From positions 1 through 17,745 of the forward strand of contig JBDRVN010000038.1 of assembly GCA_039801885.1 (NCBI GenBank): a DNA stretch of 17,745 nucleotides. Direction: 5' to 3'. Source of the DNA: a candidate division WOR-3 bacterium (GTDB lineage Bacteria > Hydrothermota > Tepidihabitantia > Tepidihabitantales > DTDR01). The notes under the pieces were generated by a model that had not been told where the DNA came from, made no database searches, and worked only from the letters and a program-made list of their open reading frames with translations. This document shows positions 7,144 to 14,877 of this stretch, piece by piece (positions within the stretch are counted from its first letter, which is position 1; every line of letters begins with the position of its first letter). The translations under genes were made by a program, and so were the position numbers.

Positions 7144-7479
7144 ATGTATTGGGTAGCGACAAAAACAAATCTATTATCAACTTATTTTTTGCTTTCCTTT
7201 GGGCTTTGTTATACTATTCCGACAATAACTCTTATTTTTCTTTCAGTTATTAATAAAAAGTTAAAGATAAAGGCATCGGAAAAAAGTTGGCTTTTCCTTT
7301 TGCTACTTGGCGCGGTAATCTTCGGAGTTGTTGACCATTTATGGAATGGCGAAATTTTCCTAATTGGTGAAAATCCTTTAAAAGATATTGCTTTGGGAAT
7401 TGTTATTACTATCTCAGTTTTTATAGTTTGGCGAATTATTGTTTATATCTATAAAACAAGAAGAAAAGAAGTTTATTAA
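7144..7479 (+). CDS. Small integral membrane protein of unknown function (about 3 TM segments, DHLWNGE loop motif)
   Basis: Strong SD; hydrophobic segments flanking GVVDHLWNGEIF; basic C-terminus. Confidence 0.7.
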   Translation: MYWVATKTNLLSTYFLLSFGLCYTIPTITLIFLSVINKKLKIKASEKSWLFLLLLGAVIFGVVDHLWNGEIFLIGENPLKDIALGIVITISVFIVWRIIVYIYKTRRKEVY

Positions 7480-7491
7480 TTTTAATTCATA

Positions 7492-8082
7492 ATGAATTTC
7501 TTTTTAGTTTTCACTTTAATAAACGGTCTTATTTTAACAGAACCACCAGATTTAAATAAATGGAAGGAATTTTCTTTTGAGTTAGAAGGAAATTACTACT
7601 TAGAAGATACTTCCAAACTCGGCTACCTTTTATCTCTTTATTTTGGCTTACCTTTTTCTTCCGAATTTTCTTTTGATATTAGTTATGAAGAAGAATGGGA
7701 TTTCGTTTTATATTATAAAAAGGGATTTGAAAATCCGTTGTTTAACAGCGCTTTAAAAGTAGGAATAGATAAAAGTAAAAATCTTTTACTTATTGCTTCC
7801 TTGGGAAAGGATTTTAATATTCTAAATTCTTATGGATGCGGCGGGTTTATTTATGAAAAAGAAGAAGATAATTTTTCTTTTCTTTACGGAATCGCCTTAG
7901 AAAAAACATTTTCTAATTTTACTTTGGCAATTGAGTTTTATAGTGAAGAAGAAGATAAAATAATAACTTTGGGAACCTCCTATTCTTTACCAATTTTTGA
8001 TATTTATGCTGGTATAAGAAGAAATTTTAATAACAGAAGTTTTATTTTTAATTTTGGAATTAGTAAACTCTTTTCTTTCTAA
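7492..8082 (+). CDS. Hypothetical exported protein, possibly an outer-membrane beta-barrel
   Basis: Short hydrophobic N-terminus; alternating aromatic/hydrophobic beta-strand pattern (FSFLYGIALEK, IFDIYAGIRR, FIFNFGISKLFSF); C-terminal Phe. Confidence 0.55.
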   Translation: MNFFLVFTLINGLILTEPPDLNKWKEFSFELEGNYYLEDTSKLGYLLSLYFGLPFSSEFSFDISYEEEWDFVLYYKKGFENPLFNSALKVGIDKSKNLLLIASLGKDFNILNSYGCGGFIYEKEEDNFSFLYGIALEKTFSNFTLAIEFYSEEEDKIITLGTSYSLPIFDIYAGIRRNFNNRSFIFNFGISKLFSF

Positions 8083-8096
8083 AATACTTATTTAAT

Positions 8097-8124
8097 TTGA
8101 CAATATAAAATATTTCGTTATTTT
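8097..8124 (+). promoter_or_regulatory. Putative sigma70 promoter for cvpA-glyS, probably giving a leaderless mRNA
   Basis: TTGACA(8097-8102)-N16-TATTTT(8119-8124)-N7-ATG(8132), with no SD. Confidence 0.55.
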
Positions 8125-8131
8125 TTTATAT

Positions 8132-8641
8132 ATGTTTCTGGATATTTTGATTATCCTTATTTTAATTTTTGGCTTTTTCCAAGGTTTGAGAAACGGTTTA
8201 GTTAAAAGCGCTAGCGGTTTTTTGGGTCTTATTTTGGGAATATTTATTGCCAACCGTTTTTATCCCGAATTATCAAAACATTTTGGTGATACAAGAATTA
8301 TGAGAGTAATTTCTTTTATTATTCTCTTCCTTTTGGTAGTTTTTATTTTTAGATTTCTGGGAAATGTAATTTCGGAAATTTTAAAGGCTATTTTTCTTTC
8401 TTGGTTAGACAAACTTGCCGGTGGGATCTGGGGAATTTTTGCTACTTTTATAACCATTGCCTTTGTTATCCATCTCTCTCTCTTTTTCTTTCCTTCCTTA
8501 AAAAAATATTATGAAAAATCAAAAATTGCTAAAAGGATTACTCTCTATTGGCTGAGACCCAAAAAAATACCGGTTAGCAGTTCTTACTATTATGAAGAAC
8601 TATTTTTTGTTAGAGATTGCAACCGAAGAATTGCCGGTTAG
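8132..8641 (+). CDS. cvpA: CvpA family membrane protein
   Basis: N-terminal MFLDILIILIL...GFFQGLRNGLVK and internal LSWLDKLAGGIWG, typical of CvpA; about 4 TM segments. Confidence 0.85.
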   Translation: MFLDILIILILIFGFFQGLRNGLVKSASGFLGLILGIFIANRFYPELSKHFGDTRIMRVISFIILFLLVVFIFRFLGNVISEILKAIFLSWLDKLAGGIWGIFATFITIAFVIHLSLFFFPSLKKYYEKSKIAKRITLYWLRPKKIPVSSSYYYEELFFVRDCNRRIAG

Positions 8642-10649
8642 TTATATTGAGCCGGCGATTCACTTTTTAAAAGATAATTTCTTAATTTTTTTAAAGGAAA
8701 ATGAGATTGAATTAAAAGAGATTAAAGTATTTTTTACTCCCAGAAGGATTGGTTTTCTTGTTAGCGGACTTCCGGAAAAAAGCAAGATAAAATTTATTGA
8801 AATCCAAGGACCACCCAAAAATATTGCCTTTTCAGGAAATAGCGCTTTAACGGAACAAGGAAAAGGATTTTTAAAGGCAAACAAGGCAAAAGAAAAAGAT
8901 ATTGTTATTAAAAAAATTGGTGATAAGGAATATGTATTTATAAAGAAAAAAGTTGGTGGCGAAAATCTAAAGAAACTTATCTCACAAGAACTAGCAAATT
9001 TTATAAAAAATATACCTTTTCCGAAAAGAATGAAAATTTCAGAGAATCTAACATTCGCTCGACCAATCCATTATATTCTCTCTCTCTTTAATAACCAAAT
9101 TATTAAATTTAAGATTGATAATATAAAAAGTAGTAATTTAACTTATCCCCACCGTGATAAATCCTTTAAACCGATAAAAATAAAAAGTGCCAAAGAATAT
9201 TTTAATATATTAAGAAAAAATGGTGTGATTGTCCTTTATGAAGAAAGAGAAAAATTATTTTATCAAAATTTAAAGAAAATATTAAAAAAAATTGATGCGG
9301 AAATTATTGAAGATAAAGAACTAATTTTCGAGATGTTAAATATCTGTGAATATCCTTCTTTAATTCTCTGCGAGTTTGAAAAGGATTATCTTTCTTTACC
9401 CCGAGAAATAATAATTACCGGCCTAAGAAATTATCTTCACGCCTTAGCGGTTTCTAAAGATAAGGAATTGCTTCCCTATTTTATCGTGGTTATTAATAAA
9501 CCCTTTTTAAAAAATAAAAAGGCAATTAATGAGATAAAAACTTGGTACGAAAAGGCTTGTCAGGCAAGATTAGAAGATGCCAAATATTACTTTAATGAAG
9601 ATTTGAAAAAACCATTAGAGGAATTAGTAGAAGAAGAAAAGAAAGTAATTTGGATTGAGGGCTTAGGAAGTTTATACGATAAAACAGAAAGATTGATTTC
9701 TTTAATTAAAATAATTAAAGATGATGAGGATTTAAAAAAAATTGCCTATTTAAGCAAAGCGGATTTGTTAACCAATATGGTAAGGGAAAAAGAGTTCACA
9801 TCTTTACAAGGGAAAATGGCTGGAATTTATGCCAGATATTTTAACTATCCAACCATAATTTGTGATGCCCTATATGAACAATACGAAGATTTACCTAAAA
9901 CTATTTATGGTGCCTGTTTAACAATTGTTGATAGAATTGATAATATCAACGCGAGTTTTATAAAGGGCGCAATTCCAAAGGGTTCTTATGACCCTTTTGG
10001 ATTAAAAAAACAAGCTGATAACATTATTAATACTATTGTCCATCATAACCTTGATATTAATTTAAAAGAATTAATCTCTGCTGATTTAGAACTCTTTTTA
10101 AAATTAAATATCAATTTTGATAAAGAGAAAATTAAAAAAGAGGTATCCTCTTTCTTGAAGGAACGTTTAGAACTTTATATCCAAGAAAAAGGTTACTCTT
10201 ACGATATCGCCCGCGCCGTAACTAAAATTATTTGGTTTAACCCTAAAAAAGCATTAAAGAGATGTGAATATTTAAAGAAACTAAAAGAAGAAAAAAAAGA
10301 AGATTACGAAAAGATTGTTATTGGTCAAAAAAGGGTAAGGAATATTTTGAAGGGAATCAATTTAGAAAATTTAGATATAGACGAAAATCTTTTGATAAAA
10401 GAAGAAGAGAAAGAAGTTTTAAAATATAACCAAGAGATTTTAAAAAATTATGAAGAGGCATTAAATAACGAGAATTATGAGAAAGCCTTAAATTATCTCT
10501 TATCTTTAAGACCTTATATTGATAAATTCTTTGACAATGTCTTTGTGATGGATGAAGATTTAAATATCCGAAATAATCGATTAAAGATTGTAAAATTGAT
10601 AAAAGATATTTTTGATAAATATTGTGATTTCTCCGAATGCGTTATCTAA
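8592..10649 (+). CDS. glyS: Glycine--tRNA ligase beta subunit
   Basis: LLEIATEELP, FTPRR, GPP, PFPKRM, FARPI, ARLEDAKYY, KADLLTNMVREKEFTSLQGKM, GSYDPFGLK and C-terminal FFDNVFVM...RNNRL. Confidence 0.95.
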   Translation: MKNYFLLEIATEELPVSYIEPAIHFLKDNFLIFLKENEIELKEIKVFFTPRRIGFLVSGLPEKSKIKFIEIQGPPKNIAFSGNSALTEQGKGFLKANKAKEKDIVIKKIGDKEYVFIKKKVGGENLKKLISQELANFIKNIPFPKRMKISENLTFARPIHYILSLFNNQIIKFKIDNIKSSNLTYPHRDKSFKPIKIKSAKEYFNILRKNGVIVLYEEREKLFYQNLKKILKKIDAEIIEDKELIFEMLNICEYPSLILCEFEKDYLSLPREIIITGLRNYLHALAVSKDKELLPYFIVVINKPFLKNKKAINEIKTWYEKACQARLEDAKYYFNEDLKKPLEELVEEEKKVIWIEGLGSLYDKTERLISLIKIIKDDEDLKKIAYLSKADLLTNMVREKEFTSLQGKMAGIYARYFNYPTIICDALYEQYEDLPKTIYGACLTIVDRIDNINASFIKGAIPKGSYDPFGLKKQADNIINTIVHHNLDINLKELISADLELFLKLNINFDKEKIKKEVSSFLKERLELYIQEKGYSYDIARAVTKIIWFNPKKALKRCEYLKKLKEEKKEDYEKIVIGQKRVRNILKGINLENLDIDENLLIKEEEKEVLKYNQEILKNYEEALNNENYEKALNYLLSLRPYIDKFFDNVFVMDEDLNIRNNRLKIVKLIKDIFDKYCDFSECVI

Positions 10650-11089
10650 CCCTTTTTGTTGCGATTATATTTTTTCTCTTATTAATCTTTTATTTAATTA
10701 AGGCACCAAAAAAAGAAATAACAATTGAAAAAGAAAAAAAGATTTTATTAATCAAGAATGAAACTTTATATGTAGAAATTGCTAATAATCCTGAAGAAAG
10801 GGCGATTGGGCTTGCTTTTAGAAAAAATCTACCACTTAATGAAGGAATGCTTTTTATCTTTGAAAAAGAAGGCATCTATCCTTTCTGGATGAGAAATACT
10901 TTTATTCCTTTGGATATTGCCTTTATCTCAAAAGATAATATAATTATTGATATTCAAAGAATGACACCTTTGGATGATAAAAGAACTTATCAGCCTGATA
11001 AACCATTTCTATATGCCTTAGAGGTAAACCAGGGATATTTTGAGGAAAAGGGAATAAAAATTGGTGATACAATTTATTTAAAATGGTAA
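10637..11089 (+). CDS. DUF192 domain protein with an N-terminal membrane anchor
   Basis: VEIA...ERAIGLAFR...GMLFIF...FWMRNTFIPLDIAFI...YALEVNQG signature. Confidence 0.9.
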   Translation: MRYLTLFVAIIFFLLLIFYLIKAPKKEITIEKEKKILLIKNETLYVEIANNPEERAIGLAFRKNLPLNEGMLFIFEKEGIYPFWMRNTFIPLDIAFISKDNIIIDIQRMTPLDDKRTYQPDKPFLYALEVNQGYFEEKGIKIGDTIYLKW

Positions 11090-11622
11090 GTATAAATTAC
11101 AAAAATGTGATAATTGAGATTGTTCAAGGTGATATAACCAAACAGCCGGATATTGAAGCAATAGTTAATGCGGCTAATGCCTATTTAAAAAGAGGCGGTG
11201 GAGTTGCTGGTGCTATCCATAAGGCAGCCGGACCAGAATTAGAAAAAGAATGCGAAAAATATGCACCAATAAAACCAGGTGAAGCAGTTATTACCAAAGG
11301 TTATAAACTACCAAATAAATATGTCATCCATTGTTTAGGACCTGTTTATGGCAAAGATAAACCAGAAGATAAAATCCTTTCTTTATGTTATCAAAATGCT
11401 TTAAAGATTTGTGAAGAGAAAAATATCAGTTCGATTGCTTTTCCAGCAATATCTACCGGCTTTTTTGGTTATCCAATAGAAGAGGCAACCGAAGTTGCTT
11501 TAAAAACCTGCTTACAAATGATACCAAAATTAAAAAAAGTAAAGAAAATAAGATTTGTTTTGTTTGATAAAGAAGCCTATAATATTTATAAAAATAAGTT
11601 AAAAGAACTTCTTCCTACCTAA
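11083..11622 (+). CDS. Macro domain protein (MacroD/YmdB-like ADP-ribose/O-acetyl-ADP-ribose hydrolase)
   Basis: GDIT, IVNAAN, GGGVAGAIH, VIHCLGP and AFPAISTGFFGYP. Confidence 0.92.
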   Translation: MVSINYKNVIIEIVQGDITKQPDIEAIVNAANAYLKRGGGVAGAIHKAAGPELEKECEKYAPIKPGEAVITKGYKLPNKYVIHCLGPVYGKDKPEDKILSLCYQNALKICEEKNISSIAFPAISTGFFGYPIEEATEVALKTCLQMIPKLKKVKKIRFVLFDKEAYNIYKNKLKELLPT

Positions 11623-11647
11623 CGTTAATTTTCCTTTAAACAACCAC

Positions 11648-11710
11648 AATTTTCTATAAATAAATGTATAGTATAAAGAAAAATTTTTTATACAAGAAAT
11701 TTAGAAAATT
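11648..11710. terminator. Possible AT-rich bidirectional hairpin between convergent operons
   Basis: AATTTTCTA(11648-11656) pairs with TAGAAAATT(11702-11710); inner TGTATA(11665-11670) pairs with TATACA(11689-11694). Confidence 0.25.
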
Positions 11711-11733
11711 AGATTAAATTATTGAAAAATAAA

Positions 11734-12411
11734 TCACTTAATTAACTTTTTATACCAAAGGAAAAAAGGGGTGTCAAGGAAGCCGATAATATTTTTGCTT
11801 ACTATTTGACCAATAATTAATGGAATAATTGGCATCACTCCTAAAAAGGCAACGGTAACAAAAATTATACTATCTAAGGTTAAGTCAATTACATCAGAGG
11901 TTAAACTTCTTAATAAAACTTTCTTTTCATATTTTTTCTTTAAAAAGGCAAAGATTGTGGCATCAATATATTGGCAAATAAGAAAAGAAACCCAAGAGGC
12001 AATTGTTATCCTTATTCCCAATTTAAATATCTTCTTCCAAACCTCTTCGTATAAGAAAAATGGTGCCGGCTTTAAGTTATTTATCATCATAATAAAAAGA
12101 ACTAATAAAACTTGGGTAAGAAAGGCGATTAAGATTGCTAAATAAGTCTTTTCTCTTCCATAAACTTCGTTAATCATATCTAATGCTTGGGCAATAAATG
12201 GATAGATAAAAACAGCAGCGGGAGCATAAAAAGAATGGAAACCAACATCAAATCTTATTGTTCTTGTGGCAAAAATCTGGGAAGCAGCCAGATAGATAAC
12301 ATAAAAACTAACTAAAAAGGCATAACCCGTCTCTTTAAATCTTTTAACAAAATAGGCACTAAAATAAGTAACAATTGTTAAACTGATTAACCAATAAAGA
12401 TAGACAATCAA
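11734..12411 (-). CDS. Queuosine precursor transporter (YhhQ/Vut_1, COG1738 family)
   Basis: Multi-TM protein with IYPFIAQALDMINEVYGR, RITIASWVSFLICQYIDATIF, RSLTSD..DLTLDSIIF and DTPF; TTG start directly after the queF stop. Confidence 0.88.
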   Translation of the reverse strand: MIVYLYWLISLTIVTYFSAYFVKRFKETGYAFLVSFYVIYLAASQIFATRTIRFDVGFHSFYAPAAVFIYPFIAQALDMINEVYGREKTYLAILIAFLTQVLLVLFIMMINNLKPAPFFLYEEVWKKIFKLGIRITIASWVSFLICQYIDATIFAFLKKKYEKKVLLRSLTSDVIDLTLDSIIFVTVAFLGVMPIIPLIIGQIVSKNIIGFLDTPFFLWYKKLIK

Positions 12412-12786
12412 TTATTTTAAATTTCCCTTTTCTCTAATAACCGTTGTCCTTATTCCACCACGGATATTTACATTCAATTCTATTTTAAGATATTTCGGAG
12501 AAATTAAAGAATCAATATCTTCAAAGATAATATTTAATAAAGATTCATGGGTTATTCTTATATCCCGAAATCTCTGTAAATATAATTTTAGACTTTTAAG
12601 TTCGATAAGTTCTTTATCCGGTTGATAACTTATTTTTATCTCATAAAAATCGGGATTAGTAGTAAAAGGGCATAAGGCAGTTAATTCTTGATTTTGTAAT
12701 TGAATAATATAATCCCTTCCTTCAAACTCGTTTTTAATCTTTTTTAATTCTTCTTTTGCCTCTCTTGCCTTTTCTAACTCTTCCAT
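12412..12786 (-). CDS. queF: NADPH-dependent preQ0 reductase (preQ1 synthase), unimodular type
   Basis: Catalytic LCPFTTNPDF, QueF motif ELKSLKLY, THE and RGGI. Confidence 0.92.
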   Translation of the reverse strand: MEELEKAREAKEELKKIKNEFEGRDYIIQLQNQELTALCPFTTNPDFYEIKISYQPDKELIELKSLKLYLQRFRDIRITHESLLNIIFEDIDSLISPKYLKIELNVNIRGGIRTTVIREKGNLK

Positions 12787-14612
12787 TATTTAGGATAAAG
12801 ATTTACTGCCGATGCCCATTTATTTAACAACTCTATTCTTTTACTTTCTTCCTTTGGTAAGTTTAAAGGTCTTCCCCGACAATCAATAATAACACCAACA
12901 ACTCCTCCCTCAATCTCTGCTTCTAATTTTTTACTCCGACCAGCACCAACATCAAAGCCCTTTTCCGGAATAATTTCTACTTTTGCCTTTTCACCTTCTT
13001 CTAAAGGAATTAAATAGATTTCGGAATAATAACAATCTTTCTCAATTATTTCGCCATCCTTTTTATAAATTTTTATTTTCATTACTTTTATCCCTTCTCT
13101 TCCTTCACCAACCGGCGCAATACAGGTTCCCAATCTAATCAAACAATCTTTATCAAATACCTGTTTTGCTGCTATTGGATGAACCGTAGAAAGCACACCT
13201 AAATGGGGCATCATAAAGATACTATCAACCGCCAATCTTGTTATTCCTTCGGGTAAGAAGCCATCAATCATCATCATCGCTGCTTGAACTCTTCTTGGTG
13301 CGTGGGATAAAATTCCACCGGAACCAATTATTAAATTTAAAGTCATCATATTAACTAATGTTTCACCTGTCAAGGCTTGGGCAAAGGCATCAGAAATTGT
13401 TCTTTCTTGTTGAATACCTTTTAAACCAACTGCCATTGATTTGTGCTGTTCTAATGCCAATCTTAGTGCCTCGCGGGCAATTGCCTGTTCAATTTTTAAC
13501 TCTTCTAAAGTATGAGGAACGGTTGTTGGTCTAATCATTTTATTTCTTATTCTATTTCTCAAGTCTCCTTCATCAATTTTAAAAGGAATCCAGCGAATAA
13601 TATTCTCAATTCCTGCCTCTCTTAAAACATTACTTATACTATAAGACATTCCTAAATTGGCGCTTACGGTTCTATTGAAAACCAATTCTTCACTTTCTGC
13701 TCTTCTATCTCGGAAACAAGAGAAGATATCGGTCGTGGCGCCACCAATATCAACTCCTAAATCTTCAATATTTTCACTTCTACCAACCTGCTCAATTAAA
13801 AGACCAACTGCTCCGGGTGTTGGCATTATCGGCACATCTGTCCATTCCATAAGTTTTTTATATCCTGGAGCGTGAGCCATCACGTGTTCCATAAATAGAT
13901 CGTGAATTTTATGCCTGGCTGGTTGAAGGTTCTCTCTTTCTAAAACCGGTCTGATATTTTCAACAATTTCTAAGGCAGTATGTTCTTTTAAGGTTTTCAA
14001 AATATATTCCCGCGCATCTTTATTACCCGCATAAATTACCGGTAATTTATAACCAATCCCAAATCTTGGTTTTGGTTCCGATGCCCTAATTAACTCAGCA
14101 AGTTCTACTACATGAGAAATTGTTCCACCATCAACACCACCAGAAAGTAATATCATATCCGGTCTTAAATTTCTTATCCTTTCAATTTTTTCGTGCGGCA
14201 ATCTTCCATCATTAGAAGCAATCACATCCATCACAATCGCACCAGCACCCAATGCTGCTCTTTGAGCACTTTCTGCGGTCATCGTCAAAACAACACCAGC
14301 AACCATCATTTGTAAACCACCACCGGCGGAACTTGTGGAGACATAAATATCAACTCCCTCTTTTTCATCTTTATAAGGTTTAATTATTTTTTCTCCTTCC
14401 AAAATTTTCACACCGGTCAACTCTTCAACCTCCCTAACCGCATTCAAAACACCTCTGGTAACATCTTCAAAAGGTGCTTCAACCGTTGTCGGTGCTTCTC
14501 CCCGGACAATTAAACGATATTCTTCACCCCTTTTTTCAATTAAAATCGCTTTGGTAGTCGTGCTACCACAATCAGTTGCTAATATTCTTTTTATTTTTTC
14601 TTTCTCGATCAT
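12786..14612 (-). CDS. GlmL/MutL (glutamate mutase L)-family ASKHA ATPase, long form
   Basis: ASKHA phosphate motifs TDCGSTTTK and VDIGGATTD; GlmL-family SSAGGGL, PDMILLSGGVDGG, MPTPGAV, RTVSANLGM and GSGG. The likely start is the ATG at 14612, with GAGG SD 6 nt upstream, rather than 14633. Confidence 0.85.
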   Translation of the reverse strand: MIEKEKIKRILATDCGSTTTKAILIEKRGEEYRLIVRGEAPTTVEAPFEDVTRGVLNAVREVEELTGVKILEGEKIIKPYKDEKEGVDIYVSTSSAGGGLQMMVAGVVLTMTAESAQRAALGAGAIVMDVIASNDGRLPHEKIERIRNLRPDMILLSGGVDGGTISHVVELAELIRASEPKPRFGIGYKLPVIYAGNKDAREYILKTLKEHTALEIVENIRPVLERENLQPARHKIHDLFMEHVMAHAPGYKKLMEWTDVPIMPTPGAVGLLIEQVGRSENIEDLGVDIGGATTDIFSCFRDRRAESEELVFNRTVSANLGMSYSISNVLREAGIENIIRWIPFKIDEGDLRNRIRNKMIRPTTVPHTLEELKIEQAIAREALRLALEQHKSMAVGLKGIQQERTISDAFAQALTGETLVNMMTLNLIIGSGGILSHAPRRVQAAMMMIDGFLPEGITRLAVDSIFMMPHLGVLSTVHPIAAKQVFDKDCLIRLGTCIAPVGEGREGIKVMKIKIYKKDGEIIEKDCYYSEIYLIPLEEGEKAKVEIIPEKGFDVGAGRSKKLEAEIEGGVVGVIIDCRGRPLNLPKEESKRIELLNKWASAVNLYPK

Positions 14613-14877
14613 ATTCATCCTCTCTTTTTTCAATCTCTTTAATCAATAATTCAATATTATTTCTATCTTCAAATAATAAAACCAACTTTTCATAAGGTAG
14701 CGGATTAATTACCGAAGTAACAATTGGCTGAAAGAACACCAGAAGTTGATTAAAAGCAAAGGATAATGGTTTACTTGATTCTAATAAAACAATCGCTACC
14801 GGTGTTAAACGTAAAGAGACCACTCTTCCGGCAATTTTCTTTATCAATTCTTCCCTTTCTAATTCAGTTAACTCCAT
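14572..14877 (-). CDS. Hypothetical protein (101 aa)
   Basis: Overlaps the gcvPB stop by 10 nt and the glmL-like start; helical and amphipathic, with AIVLLESSKPLSF and FEDRNNIELLI segments. Confidence 0.75.
   Translation of the reverse strand: MELTELEREELIKKIAGRVVSLRLTPVAIVLLESSKPLSFAFNQLLVFFQPIVTSVINPLPYEKLVLLFEDRNNIELLIKEIEKREDEYDRERKNKKNISN

Noticed and set aside
8260-8884. Antisense ORFs 8260-8457 and 8660-8884
   Set aside because: Shadow ORFs opposite cvpA and glyS.
10690-10875. Antisense ORF within the DUF192 gene
   Set aside because: Shadow ORF with no motif.
11083-11622. Macrodomain as a DarG antitoxin or as an RNA-repair partner of RtcB
   Set aside because: No DarT/ADP-ribosyltransferase, sirtuin or Tpt1 is adjacent. 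It is a standalone MacroD-type sequence, separated from rtcB by two predicted internal promoters.
11957-13875. Plus-strand ORFs 11957-12145 and 13657-13875
   Set aside because: Shadow ORFs opposite the queuosine transporter and the glmL-like gene.
12786-14633. Calling the GlmL-family gene the DNA mismatch-repair mutL
   Set aside because: This is a name collision only: the motifs are ASKHA/actin-like, not the GHKL ATPase of mismatch-repair MutL.
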